Shown in pieces: positions 1 to 6,341 of a stretch of DNA of 25,881 bases. The stretch is from positions 1 through 25,881 of IMG/VR virus record IMGVR_UViG_3300047279_000049, one strand, 5' to 3'. Under the pieces are notes generated by a model, which made no database searches, was not told where the DNA came from, and saw only the letters and a program-made list of their open reading frames with translations. How positions within the stretch are numbered: the first letter of the stretch is position 1; each line of letters opens with the position of its first letter. Both the position numbers and the translations under genes were made by a program. The stretch comes from a virus (lineage: Duplodnaviria > Caudoviricetes).

Positions 1-503
1 GCTCTTTGGTTTGTAAAGTATAAGTTGGTGCTGCCTTCAGTTAGGTTGTCTGTTGTCTTACTAGCCAGCCTAGTATCAACCCTGCCATCAGTATAATATA
101 AGTTTGTGCCTTCGCTAAGATTAGTAGTTGACTTAGTAGCAAGCTGAGTGTTAAAACGGTCATTGGTATAGTATAAGTTAGAGCCTTCTGAAATATTGCT
201 TGTGGTTAAAACAACTGTGCCTGTTGCACCATTTACAGAGTCAACTGGAAAGTCAATGGCCGCTATGCTTGAGGCTACGCCTGCTGTGGTAGCAATGCCA
301 GTAACAACACCAGACTGGCCGTTAACACTACTAACACCTGCGGCTGATTGACTTAGTGTTACAGCAACAACCTCACCTGTAGCAGTAACAGCAATACCAG
401 TAGTACTACCTGATTCACTAACAGCAACTCTAGGTGCTGTGTCTGTCACCGTAACTCTACTTAGAGCCAGGGTTTCATCTACTGTTACTCTTGGTGTTGC
501 CAT
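1..503 (-). CDS. Tail fibre / virion protein, partial (runs off left edge)
   Basis: Not in the ORF track. ATG at 503 overlaps the upstream TAA (TAATG) and the frame stays open to base 1: MATPRVTVDETLALS...VSSVNGQSGVV...VDSVNGATGTVVLTTSNISEGSNLYYTNDRF...TTNLSEGTNLYYTDGRV...TDNLTEGSTNLYFTNQR. VxSVNGxTG motifs and 25-aa NLSEGxNLYYT repeats are typical of phage fibres. Confidence 0.85.
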   Translation of the reverse strand, partial: MATPRVTVDETLALSRVTVTDTAPRVAVSESGSTTGIAVTATGEVVAVTLSQSAAGVSSVNGQSGVVTGIATTAGVASSIAAIDFPVDSVNGATGTVVLTTSNISEGSNLYYTNDRFNTQLATKSTTNLSEGTNLYYTDGRVDTRLASKTTDNLTEGSTNLYFTNQR

Positions 504-844
504 TATCTAGTTACCTCACCTGATACAAAGGCTTCACCTTCTAAGATTCTTGTTACTGTGGTGCCATCTACTAGCTCCACATCATAGCGTAGAGTTTGTG
601 CTGGTAAGTTGGCTGTGTCTGCCGCACTCATAATCCAAGTAACAACACCTGGTGAGGTGCCTTGGTCAGCGGCTGTGAATGTAAATGTTCCTGCGGCTGT
701 AGTGTCAGCAAGATTCTTACGCAATTGACCTCTTAGTGTTTTGCCAGTCAAGTTCAAACCTGTAGTACCTGAACTATAAACTGTCAAGGTGCGAGAGAAT
801 GTCGCACCTTGTTCTATTAAAATGTTAAGCAATCCTGCTGCCAT
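503..844 (-). CDS. Small Ig-like virion/baseplate-associated protein
   Basis: Pattern IEQGATF...LNLTGxTxRxQLR...YDVEL...RILEG...VS.EVTR, commonly found just before phage fibre genes. AAGGA SD upstream. Confidence 0.7.
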   Translation of the reverse strand: MAAGLLNILIEQGATFSRTLTVYSSGTTGLNLTGKTLRGQLRKNLADTTAAGTFTFTAADQGTSPGVVTWIMSAADTANLPAQTLRYDVELVDGTTVTRILEGEAFVSGEVTR

Positions 845-856
845 GTTTTGTGTCCT

Positions 857-1024
857 TTAAAACCAACTCAAGATAGTGAGTATGGCCTGATATGGAAGGT
901 AAATCGCACCGCTAATAAGTGCTAGACTTGCCAATCCGTTTAATGTCTTTGTTAACTTGGCCAACTCTGTGGCTAAGTTTTCATTGCCAAATAGTTGGTC
1001 AATAACTTCTTGTGGTAATTTCAT
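857..1024 (-). CDS. 55-aa membrane protein (possible holin-like)
   Basis: Below the ORF-track cutoff: MKLPQEVIDQLFGNENLATELAKLTKTLNGLASLALISGAIYLPYQAILTILSWF*. AGGA SD, hydrophobic C-terminal segment, and it fills the gap between neighbours. Confidence 0.65.
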   Translation of the reverse strand: MKLPQEVIDQLFGNENLATELAKLTKTLNGLASLALISGAIYLPYQAILTILSWF

Positions 1025-1040
1025 ATGTCTATCCTATTGT

Positions 1041-1046
1041 TATTTA
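1041..1046 (-). promoter_or_regulatory. TAAATA box (T4-late-like), CATAAATA
   Basis: About 17 nt upstream of the 1024 start. Back-to-back with a plus-strand TAAATA at 1053-1058. Confidence 0.55.
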
Positions 1047-1095
1047 TGCGTGTAAATAGCCAAGCCGTTTAGTCTGGGTGGACTTGGTACGGTTA

Positions 1096-1138
1096 GATAA
1101 GGTGTGTTCGTCTCTTGTGGCACACCTTATCGCCTTTT
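1096..1138. terminator. Strong hairpin, probable terminator or sRNA 3' end
   Basis: GATAAGGTGTG (1096-1106) pairs with CACACCTTATC (1121-1131), followed by GCCTTTT on the plus strand. Confidence 0.6.
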
Positions 1139-1526
1139 AACGCAAGGGTCCAGGCTTCTTGCCTTTGACAGGTACTATCTCATCTGCAGAAAACCGGGTG
1201 GGTTGCCAGTTCCTGTTATACTCTTTGGGTGGCTTAGGTTCTGGTTCTACAATCTGTCTATGTGGCTTCATTTGCCACACAGCGAAGTCCGTAGTGTCAA
1301 ATAATTCATTAAGGTGATCCGCCATGTTGAAAGCATGTCCTGAATGTGGCCAAGCACTTTTCAGATACTTGTAGCCAGGGTAAGCATTGTTTTCAGGACC
1401 GCGTCTAACGCTAATGGGTTCGCCTCGATAACACACAACCCAAATACCATCGGCTGCATTTACTGAAGTTTCTGTTCTATCAGCGGCAACATGTGCTATT
1501 AGAGTTCGAGGTTTAGGCCTTGCCAT
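1137..1526 (-). CDS. Conserved hypothetical phage protein (MARPKP... family)
   Basis: MARPKP...GIWVVCYRGEPI...YPGYKY...GHAFNMADHLNELFDTTDF resembles, from memory, a family I associate with large uncultured aquatic phages. Function unknown. Confidence 0.75.
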   Translation of the reverse strand: MARPKPRTLIAHVAADRTETSVNAADGIWVVCYRGEPISVRRGPENNAYPGYKYLKSAWPHSGHAFNMADHLNELFDTTDFAVWQMKPHRQIVEPEPKPPKEYNRNWQPTRFSADEIVPVKGKKPGPLR

Positions 1527-1875
1527 TGCGTTTCAAATCTTCTTCTTCACAGCGTTCAGCAATGAATCCCAATAACTCAGGATTGGCACGGAATATACTG
1601 GCCCAGGCCATGCCCAAGTTGTGTACTTGTTGTTCACTTAGATCCAATTTAAGCAAGTCACTGACATAGTGATTCATTTCATGTAATAAGGTATCCAAGC
1701 ACGGTAACGCTCGAAGGTGGTCTTGAATACGAATTTCACTGTTCTCAAAGTCTTGCTCACCATAAGCAGAACTCATGAGTCTTTGTGGAATCCATTGTAT
1801 ATCAACCACATTACCTAATATCTCTACTTGACGGTAACTGGTTGGATGAGGTGGGTTTGGTATTGGTTTTGCCAT
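1513..1875 (-). CDS. HExxH zincin-like metallopeptidase-domain protein
   Basis: DTLLHEMNH motif followed by EQQV, a likely third-ligand Glu. AAAGGA SD. Confidence 0.7.
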   Translation of the reverse strand: MAKPIPNPPHPTSYRQVEILGNVVDIQWIPQRLMSSAYGEQDFENSEIRIQDHLRALPCLDTLLHEMNHYVSDLLKLDLSEQQVHNLGMAWASIFRANPELLGFIAERCEEEDLKRNGKA

Positions 1876-1894
1876 TGTTTTTAATCCTTTGTTT

Positions 1895-1900
1895 TATTTA
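1895..1900 (-). promoter_or_regulatory. TAAATA box (CTAAATA)
   Basis: About 20 nt upstream of the 1875 start and downstream of the terminator at 1946-1987. Confidence 0.55.
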
Positions 1901-1945
1901 GTGACTTTGCCCAATAACATACACTCTAATGGTTCTAAAACAGTC

Positions 1946-1987
1946 AAAAAAAAGCACCTGGGATTATGCCTAAACCCAGTGTGCTTT
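1946..1987 (-). terminator. Rho-independent terminator
   Basis: AAAGCACACTGGG-loop-CCCAGGTGCTTT followed by a T run on the minus strand, at the end of the early block. Confidence 0.8.
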
Positions 1988-2033
1988 CTAAAGGTGCATG
2001 ACCACCTTTTTACAAGAGGATAAAACTTGTAAA
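1946..2033 (-). ncRNA. Candidate three-hairpin small RNA ending in an intrinsic terminator
   Basis: TATAAATA at 2036-2043, then stems 2010-2016/2026-2032, 1990-1996/2003-2009 and 1951-1962/1975-1987, then a U8 tract (A-run 1946-1953). Confidence 0.55.
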
Positions 2034-2038
2034 TTTAT

Positions 2039-2548
2039 TTATAAGCCTGCTCGCTTGTACTCTGCCTCAAGCAATTCCCGTGGTAACTTACCCGCTTTGC
2101 CCAAATTAAGACTGCGGCGTAGGTCCTGTCTTATTTGTGCTTTAACAGCCATCATCTCTCGAGTACTATCTTTGTGTTCTTTACCACGCATACAGCGACC
2201 ATCATAACTGCCACGAGCCCGGCGTGTTGCCGCAATCTTTTCACCTACTTCAGCGGGACGCTTTTTACCTTTACTTGCTTCACTGCGTTTTTTGCGTCCT
2301 CGTTCAGCGGCTTCTTCGCCAACAAGTTCTTCTAATGTTTTACCACGCATAGCATCACCAATCTGCTTTTTCTGTTTGGCAGTTAAAGGGTTTTCTTCCT
2401 TGTGCTTGCGATTGCTTTCTGCTATCTTTGTAACACTTGCTTCGCTGAGACGGCGGCCAGTATTAGCCGCACCAATCTTTACTGCCCGGTCATTGCTAAA
2501 GTGTTCATCAAGTATGCTATCAAATTTGTCTAAGTCGCGGAATTTCAT
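2039..2548 (-). CDS. NUMOD3-repeat basic DNA-binding protein (no nuclease domain)
   Basis: Repeats such as SEASVTKIAESNR, KKQIGDAMRGK, SEASKGKKRPAEVGEKIA, HKDSTREMM. No HNH or GIY-YIG motif. N-terminus paralogous to 2545..3237. Confidence 0.7.
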   Translation of the reverse strand: MKFRDLDKFDSILDEHFSNDRAVKIGAANTGRRLSEASVTKIAESNRKHKEENPLTAKQKKQIGDAMRGKTLEELVGEEAAERGRKKRSEASKGKKRPAEVGEKIAATRRARGSYDGRCMRGKEHKDSTREMMAVKAQIRQDLRRSLNLGKAGKLPRELLEAEYKRAGL

Positions 2549-3237
2549 AGTTCTTTTCCTGTGAGCATAATGTATTCTTCTTTGCTGATATAATAATAAT
2601 TGGCTGGATCTTTTTTTAGATTAGCATCAATTTTCCTTGCTACATTACTAATGTCTAATGTTATACCTGCTTCAACTGCTTCCTTTCTACTTCTAAACAC
2701 CCCAAATGGCACAACAATCGGTTTGCGTTTATCATTTGTGCATGGCTTGCCTTTTTTAGCGGCACTAATCTTCATGGCATGATCCATAGACTTGGCTTTT
2801 CCTTTAAGGCTTTCACTTCGTTTGGCACAACTTTCTGCTGATTGTTGCTTACCTGTCCAATAGCCTTCACGACCTTGCAGTGATTGACTAAGTTTGGCAC
2901 GAGTTTCATCACTTTTAGGAGGTAACTTTCTGCCTTTGTTCTTTGCACCTATCTTAGCACGGGTTTCATCGCTAACTTCGCGACCTTGACCAGCTTCACT
3001 AAGTTTGGCACGAGTTTCGTCACTTATGCTATAATCACTTTCAGCCTTTGATTGAATAATCTTAGCAACATGTTCAGCAGATTTAGGCTTACCTTTGTGT
3101 CCAAGACCTATCTTAGCACGAGTTTCAACGCTACGGGTTATACCTGTAAGTGTCGAGCTAATTTTAACTGAACGGTCATCACTGAAATGTTCATCTAGCA
3201 CTCGATCAAACGCATCTAAGTTACGAAACTTGCTCAT
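2545..3237 (-). CDS. NUMOD3-repeat protein with C-terminal NUMOD1/IENR1-like HTH (no nuclease domain)
   Basis: Several SxETRAK(L/I)(S/G) repeats, plus C-terminal KPIVVPFGVFRSRKEA...PANYYYI. Confidence 0.75.
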   Translation of the reverse strand: MSKFRNLDAFDRVLDEHFSDDRSVKISSTLTGITRSVETRAKIGLGHKGKPKSAEHVAKIIQSKAESDYSISDETRAKLSEAGQGREVSDETRAKIGAKNKGRKLPPKSDETRAKLSQSLQGREGYWTGKQQSAESCAKRSESLKGKAKSMDHAMKISAAKKGKPCTNDKRKPIVVPFGVFRSRKEAVEAGITLDISNVARKIDANLKKDPANYYYISKEEYIMLTGKEL

Positions 3238-3246
3238 AACTACTCC

Positions 3247-4149
3247 TTACAGAAAGTTCTGTTCAAACTCATCAGCAAAGGATTCAGCATTGTTATACAA
3301 CATGGCACCTGCTTCTTTTACTGTACGCATTGAGTTGGCGTTTAAGTCGTCCCAATTTGAGTGGAAGATTTGTAGCAACTGAAACATCTGCATGGGTGTA
3401 AGCATAAAGCCATCGTCTTGGAACACATTGTTACTCAGCATAACACTGGCCATCCAACCCCAGGCTTCATCACTTGAAATATCAAACGCACGCCACTGCA
3501 CACGGTCACGAACTGCATGTTCGTGCATAGCTAACTTGGTCTTGTTGATGTCTCGCTTACTAGCAAGGATCTTGTTGGAGGTAATTGTAAAGCGAGCTGA
3601 GTCCATTGGCACGGAGATACCAACACCACCATTGTCCCAATGTCTAAGTGCGTCAACTAGAATGTTATCACCCATCTTCTCTGCTTTGGTAATCTGTGCA
3701 CCTACATTCACATCCCAGCTTAGGGCACCTTCGTCATTGTCCAGCACAATCTTCATCAAGTTAAGTGCGTCCTTGTCTGTAAAGAAACTGTCGCAGTCAT
3801 CAATCCATACATTCACTTGGTCTCCAGGCCGGGCAATATACATGGCCTTGGCCATCTTCATTGCAAACGCATTAAGACTGGCTTTACCATGGAACTGAAC
3901 ATAGTCTATACAGTTAGTGTCTGCCACATTGCGAACAGTGAATGTCTTACCTGCTCCTGGAGGACTCCAGATAAAAGTGTGGCGTTTGGTCTCTACCAAG
4001 TCTGGACGCAGGCCTAAACTTTGCTCTGCGTACTTCTCAAGTCTGGCAGTGAGTTCAAGTCCGTTAAGGATTGCACTCTTTTGCTTGGCTGTTAGATAGC
4101 CCGAGTATTCGTTAATAAAGAACTCTAGATTTGAGTTGGGTTTTTGCAT
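3247..4149 (-). CDS. AAA+ ATPase
   Basis: Walker A SPPGAGKT, Walker B VWIDDCD, sensor-1 FTITSN, Arg-finger VRDR. CAGGAG SD. Confidence 0.85.
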   Translation of the reverse strand: MQKPNSNLEFFINEYSGYLTAKQKSAILNGLELTARLEKYAEQSLGLRPDLVETKRHTFIWSPPGAGKTFTVRNVADTNCIDYVQFHGKASLNAFAMKMAKAMYIARPGDQVNVWIDDCDSFFTDKDALNLMKIVLDNDEGALSWDVNVGAQITKAEKMGDNILVDALRHWDNGGVGISVPMDSARFTITSNKILASKRDINKTKLAMHEHAVRDRVQWRAFDISSDEAWGWMASVMLSNNVFQDDGFMLTPMQMFQLLQIFHSNWDDLNANSMRTVKEAGAMLYNNAESFADEFEQNFL

Positions 4150-4176
4150 ACTGACTCCTGTTTTGTGTATGTGTTA

Positions 4177-4205
4177 ATTATACGACCAATTCATCATTGT
4201 GTCAA
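4177..4205 (-). promoter_or_regulatory. Perfect-consensus sigma70 promoter
   Basis: TTGACA (4205-4200), 17 bp, TATAAT (4182-4177), upstream of the ATPase start at 4149. Confidence 0.9.
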
Positions 4206-4210
4206 CCAGT

Positions 4211-4621
4211 TTATGCGGCTTCTTGTGATGCCATAAACAATGCGCCAATCATGCTGTCAAGCAAACCGCTCATAACTTGCTCAATCTGAGACACACCTTG
4301 TTCTTTGTAGTGAGCACCTAAATCTTGCATCATAGAACTAAGTCCAGTACCACGGTCAATATTGTATGTCTTGTCCATGACTGCTTCAAACTTCTCACGG
4401 TAAACTAACAAATCTTGTAATTCTCGAGTCTTAAGATTGTATGACAAAATAGTCGCATCAGCCGCAGAACGCATATTGTCATCGCTGTCGTAACCTACTT
4501 CTGGATTTTCTTCAATAAGAATGTAAGCCATTTTTTCAAGAACTTTGGTTAGAGCCTGCTCATTGATACTGCGAACTGCTGTGGTCTTAACCAATTTACC
4601 ATTTACTGTTTTGTAAGCCAT
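4211..4621 (-). CDS. Hypothetical early protein (start revised to MAYKTVNG)
   Basis: The track start at 4708 lies inside the -35 box. ATG at 4621 has a GGAG SD and lies downstream of the promoter. Confidence 0.75.
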   Translation of the reverse strand: MAYKTVNGKLVKTTAVRSINEQALTKVLEKMAYILIEENPEVGYDSDDNMRSAADATILSYNLKTRELQDLLVYREKFEAVMDKTYNIDRGTGLSSMMQDLGAHYKEQGVSQIEQVMSGLLDSMIGALFMASQEAA

Positions 4622-4679
4622 TTGTAACTCCAATTTGTTTGTTGAGTTATGAACTGCGTTATTGCGTGTCCATGTGTTT

Positions 4680-4708
4680 ATTATAAGGCACTTTGGGGTT
4701 CTGGACAA
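4680..4708 (-). promoter_or_regulatory. Sigma70 promoter
   Basis: TTGTCC (4708-4703), 17 bp, TATAAT (4685-4680). Confidence 0.8.
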
Positions 4709-4710
4709 CC

Positions 4711-4734
4711 AAAAACCCTACAAAGCGTAGGGTT
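4711..4734 (-). terminator. Rho-independent terminator
   Basis: AACCCTAC-GCTTT-GTAGGGTT followed by TTT on the minus strand, just after the 4742 stop. Confidence 0.7.
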
Positions 4735-4750
4735 GTTGTTTTTATACAAC
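4735..4750. promoter_or_regulatory. Palindromic operator-like site GTTGT-N6-ACAAC
   Basis: GTTGTTTTTATACAAC, about 27 bp upstream of a -35 box. Second copy at 6066-6081. Confidence 0.65.
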
Positions 4751-5167
4751 ATAATAGTAGTGTTCTGGATAATTCTTAATCCAACGACGCACATCAGAAG
4801 TAAAAACACCTGCGGCTTGTGCTACTGCGCTAACACTGGGATAAAGACCATAGTAAGTCATAACTGGCTTGCCAGTAACTGCTCGAGATATCTCAGCATT
4901 GATCTTGCGTTTGGGATTTTGAACATAAGCCTCACGCACATCAGCAAATTGTGACTTTAATTCACGACGCCATTCTGGAAATGAATCTCTGCTACAACGA
5001 CTTTCAAGAGCATCTCTACCGCAATTATTGGCCTTCAATGCTTCACCACGGGTTTCGAATATACCAGCAGGGGTGTAGTATGTGTACCAACTACCAGTGC
5101 CACTAAGGCTCTTAAGGGTTTCTTGAGTAGCGTTGGGGTTAGCGGTAACTTGTGTAAAGAATGTCAT
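4742..5167 (-). CDS. Protein with two NUMOD1/IENR1-like DNA-binding modules (no nuclease domain)
   Basis: YYTPAGIFETRGEA...FPEWRR and PVMTYYGLYPSVSAVAQA...RRWIKNYPEHYYYV. The latter parallels the C-terminus of 2545..3237. Confidence 0.6.
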   Translation of the reverse strand: MTFFTQVTANPNATQETLKSLSGTGSWYTYYTPAGIFETRGEALKANNCGRDALESRCSRDSFPEWRRELKSQFADVREAYVQNPKRKINAEISRAVTGKPVMTYYGLYPSVSAVAQAAGVFTSDVRRWIKNYPEHYYYVV

Positions 5168-5168
5168 A

Positions 5169-5972
5169 TTAAACTCCTTGGTCCATCATAACAAGGTTTT
5201 TCCAATTCTTCTTGTCAATCTTGTACATGTCCATACATGTAATAAGAGTGCGGAAGGATAAGCCTGGGAAGTGCTTGACTTCTTTAATAACAAACTTGAG
5301 GATCTCTTCTTTGTGAACAGCGTCCAAATCACTTTCGTTAAAGCAACGGATCAAACCGTGCTTGTAAAGTATGCTCATAGCAATAGCGGTCCATTCTGGG
5401 CTGAGTCCTGCTGGGATATACATACAACGGTCACGCACTGGCTTGATGCTTTGCTTTTGGCGATTGCTCATGTCAGCAATGCTCATTACCTTGTTGCTGA
5501 CAAGAATAACACGACCTTTACATTCGAAACTGTTGGGCACATTGGCTGTGCGAAGTGCGGCTGAGTTAGTCTTGGCATAGTCCACAGTCTTGCCTGGGGC
5601 TGTATCAATAGCGGCTTTGAGCAAGTCGCACATCTCTGTGTCTTCTAACACAACATCAGTGTCATCAATGACCAATATTTGGTTGGCGTTCTTGGCATGC
5701 TTATACAATTGAATGTAAAGTTGAGGAGCAGTCATTGAGCCATTGATCATGTGATACTTGGCTCGTATGCTGTCTAAACTGTGACGCACAACTTCTGTCT
5801 TGCCACCACCATTAGGACCGTTAACAATAAGACCACGCTTGGTGGTAGTGCCTTTAGCAAATGCCAGAACCAATTTGGCAATGCTGTCATAGTGCTCGCG
5901 AATGATGTTTTCTTGCTCTGTGGGCTTGAAAGTGCTGGGGCTTTGGTTAAGTTGCTCGTTTAAGTAAGACAT
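5169..5972 (-). CDS. AAA+ ATPase (paralog of 3247..4149)
   Basis: Walker A GPNGGGKT, Walker B LVIDDTD, sensor-1 VILVSN, VRDR. CAGGAG SD. Confidence 0.85.
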   Translation of the reverse strand: MSYLNEQLNQSPSTFKPTEQENIIREHYDSIAKLVLAFAKGTTTKRGLIVNGPNGGGKTEVVRHSLDSIRAKYHMINGSMTAPQLYIQLYKHAKNANQILVIDDTDVVLEDTEMCDLLKAAIDTAPGKTVDYAKTNSAALRTANVPNSFECKGRVILVSNKVMSIADMSNRQKQSIKPVRDRCMYIPAGLSPEWTAIAMSILYKHGLIRCFNESDLDAVHKEEILKFVIKEVKHFPGLSFRTLITCMDMYKIDKKNWKNLVMMDQGV

Positions 5973-6005
5973 TTACAAACTCCTGTTTGTGTTGAACATG
6001 TGTTT

Positions 6006-6034
6006 ATTATAAGGCCATTCGGGGCTTTGGTCTA
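6006..6034 (-). promoter_or_regulatory. Sigma70 promoter
   Basis: TAGACC (6034-6029), 17 bp, TATAAT (6011-6006). The 19 nt around the -10 (5997-6015) are identical to 4671-4689. Confidence 0.8.
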
Positions 6035-6065
6035 CCGTTTTTTGGGGTATTTTTAGGCGATTTCC

Positions 6066-6081
6066 GTTGTATTTTTACAAC
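6066..6081. promoter_or_regulatory. Palindromic operator-like site GTTGT-N6-ACAAC
   Basis: GTTGTATTTTTACAAC, about 32 bp upstream of the -35 box. Confidence 0.65.
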
Positions 6082-6098
6082 AAATAACGAAAATCATA

Positions 6099-6341
6099 CT
6101 AAAGTATTAGTCGTGTAAGCATTTCTGCTTCAAGATCTGAGTAAGTGGCTCTGATCACATAGTGACTTATCTGTCGATTCATGTCATCTTGCACTTGAAC
6201 TTCTGTGGTGCAATAACCCATCAAGCGATCACATTCAATTCTTCTTACACGACTATCACCTGTGACATAATTGCCAAGTACCATTTTTGGTGTCATGCAC
6301 ATCATTGCTGTATGAGGTACTTCTATGTAAATTTCTATCAT
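6099..6341 (-). CDS. Small hypothetical protein (start probably MIEIYIEV)
   Basis: ATG at 6341 overlaps the polymerase TGA (ATGA), which indicates translational coupling. Confidence 0.6.
   Translation of the reverse strand: MIEIYIEVPHTAMMCMTPKMVLGNYVTGDSRVRRIECDRLMGYCTTEVQVQDDMNRQISHYVIRATYSDLEAEMLTRLIL

Noticed and set aside
1-210. ~75-bp periodic repeats as a CRISPR array
   Set aside because: They are degenerate, in-frame 25-aa coding repeats of the fibre protein, with no identical repeats or unique spacers.
2017-2025. CsrA/RsmA-binding GGA loop on the plus strand
   Set aside because: The promoter box and U-tract both point to the minus strand, and only one GGA lies clearly in a loop. 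It remains a fallback if plus-strand RNA is found.
2039-3237. Calling the NUMOD proteins homing endonucleases or intron ORFs
   Set aside because: No GIY-YIG, HNH or LAGLIDADG motif, and no interrupted host gene or intron structure is visible.
4622-4708. N-terminal 29 codons of the track ORF 4211..4708
   Set aside because: The start falls in the -35 box and the segment spans the promoter. ATG 4621 has a proper SD.
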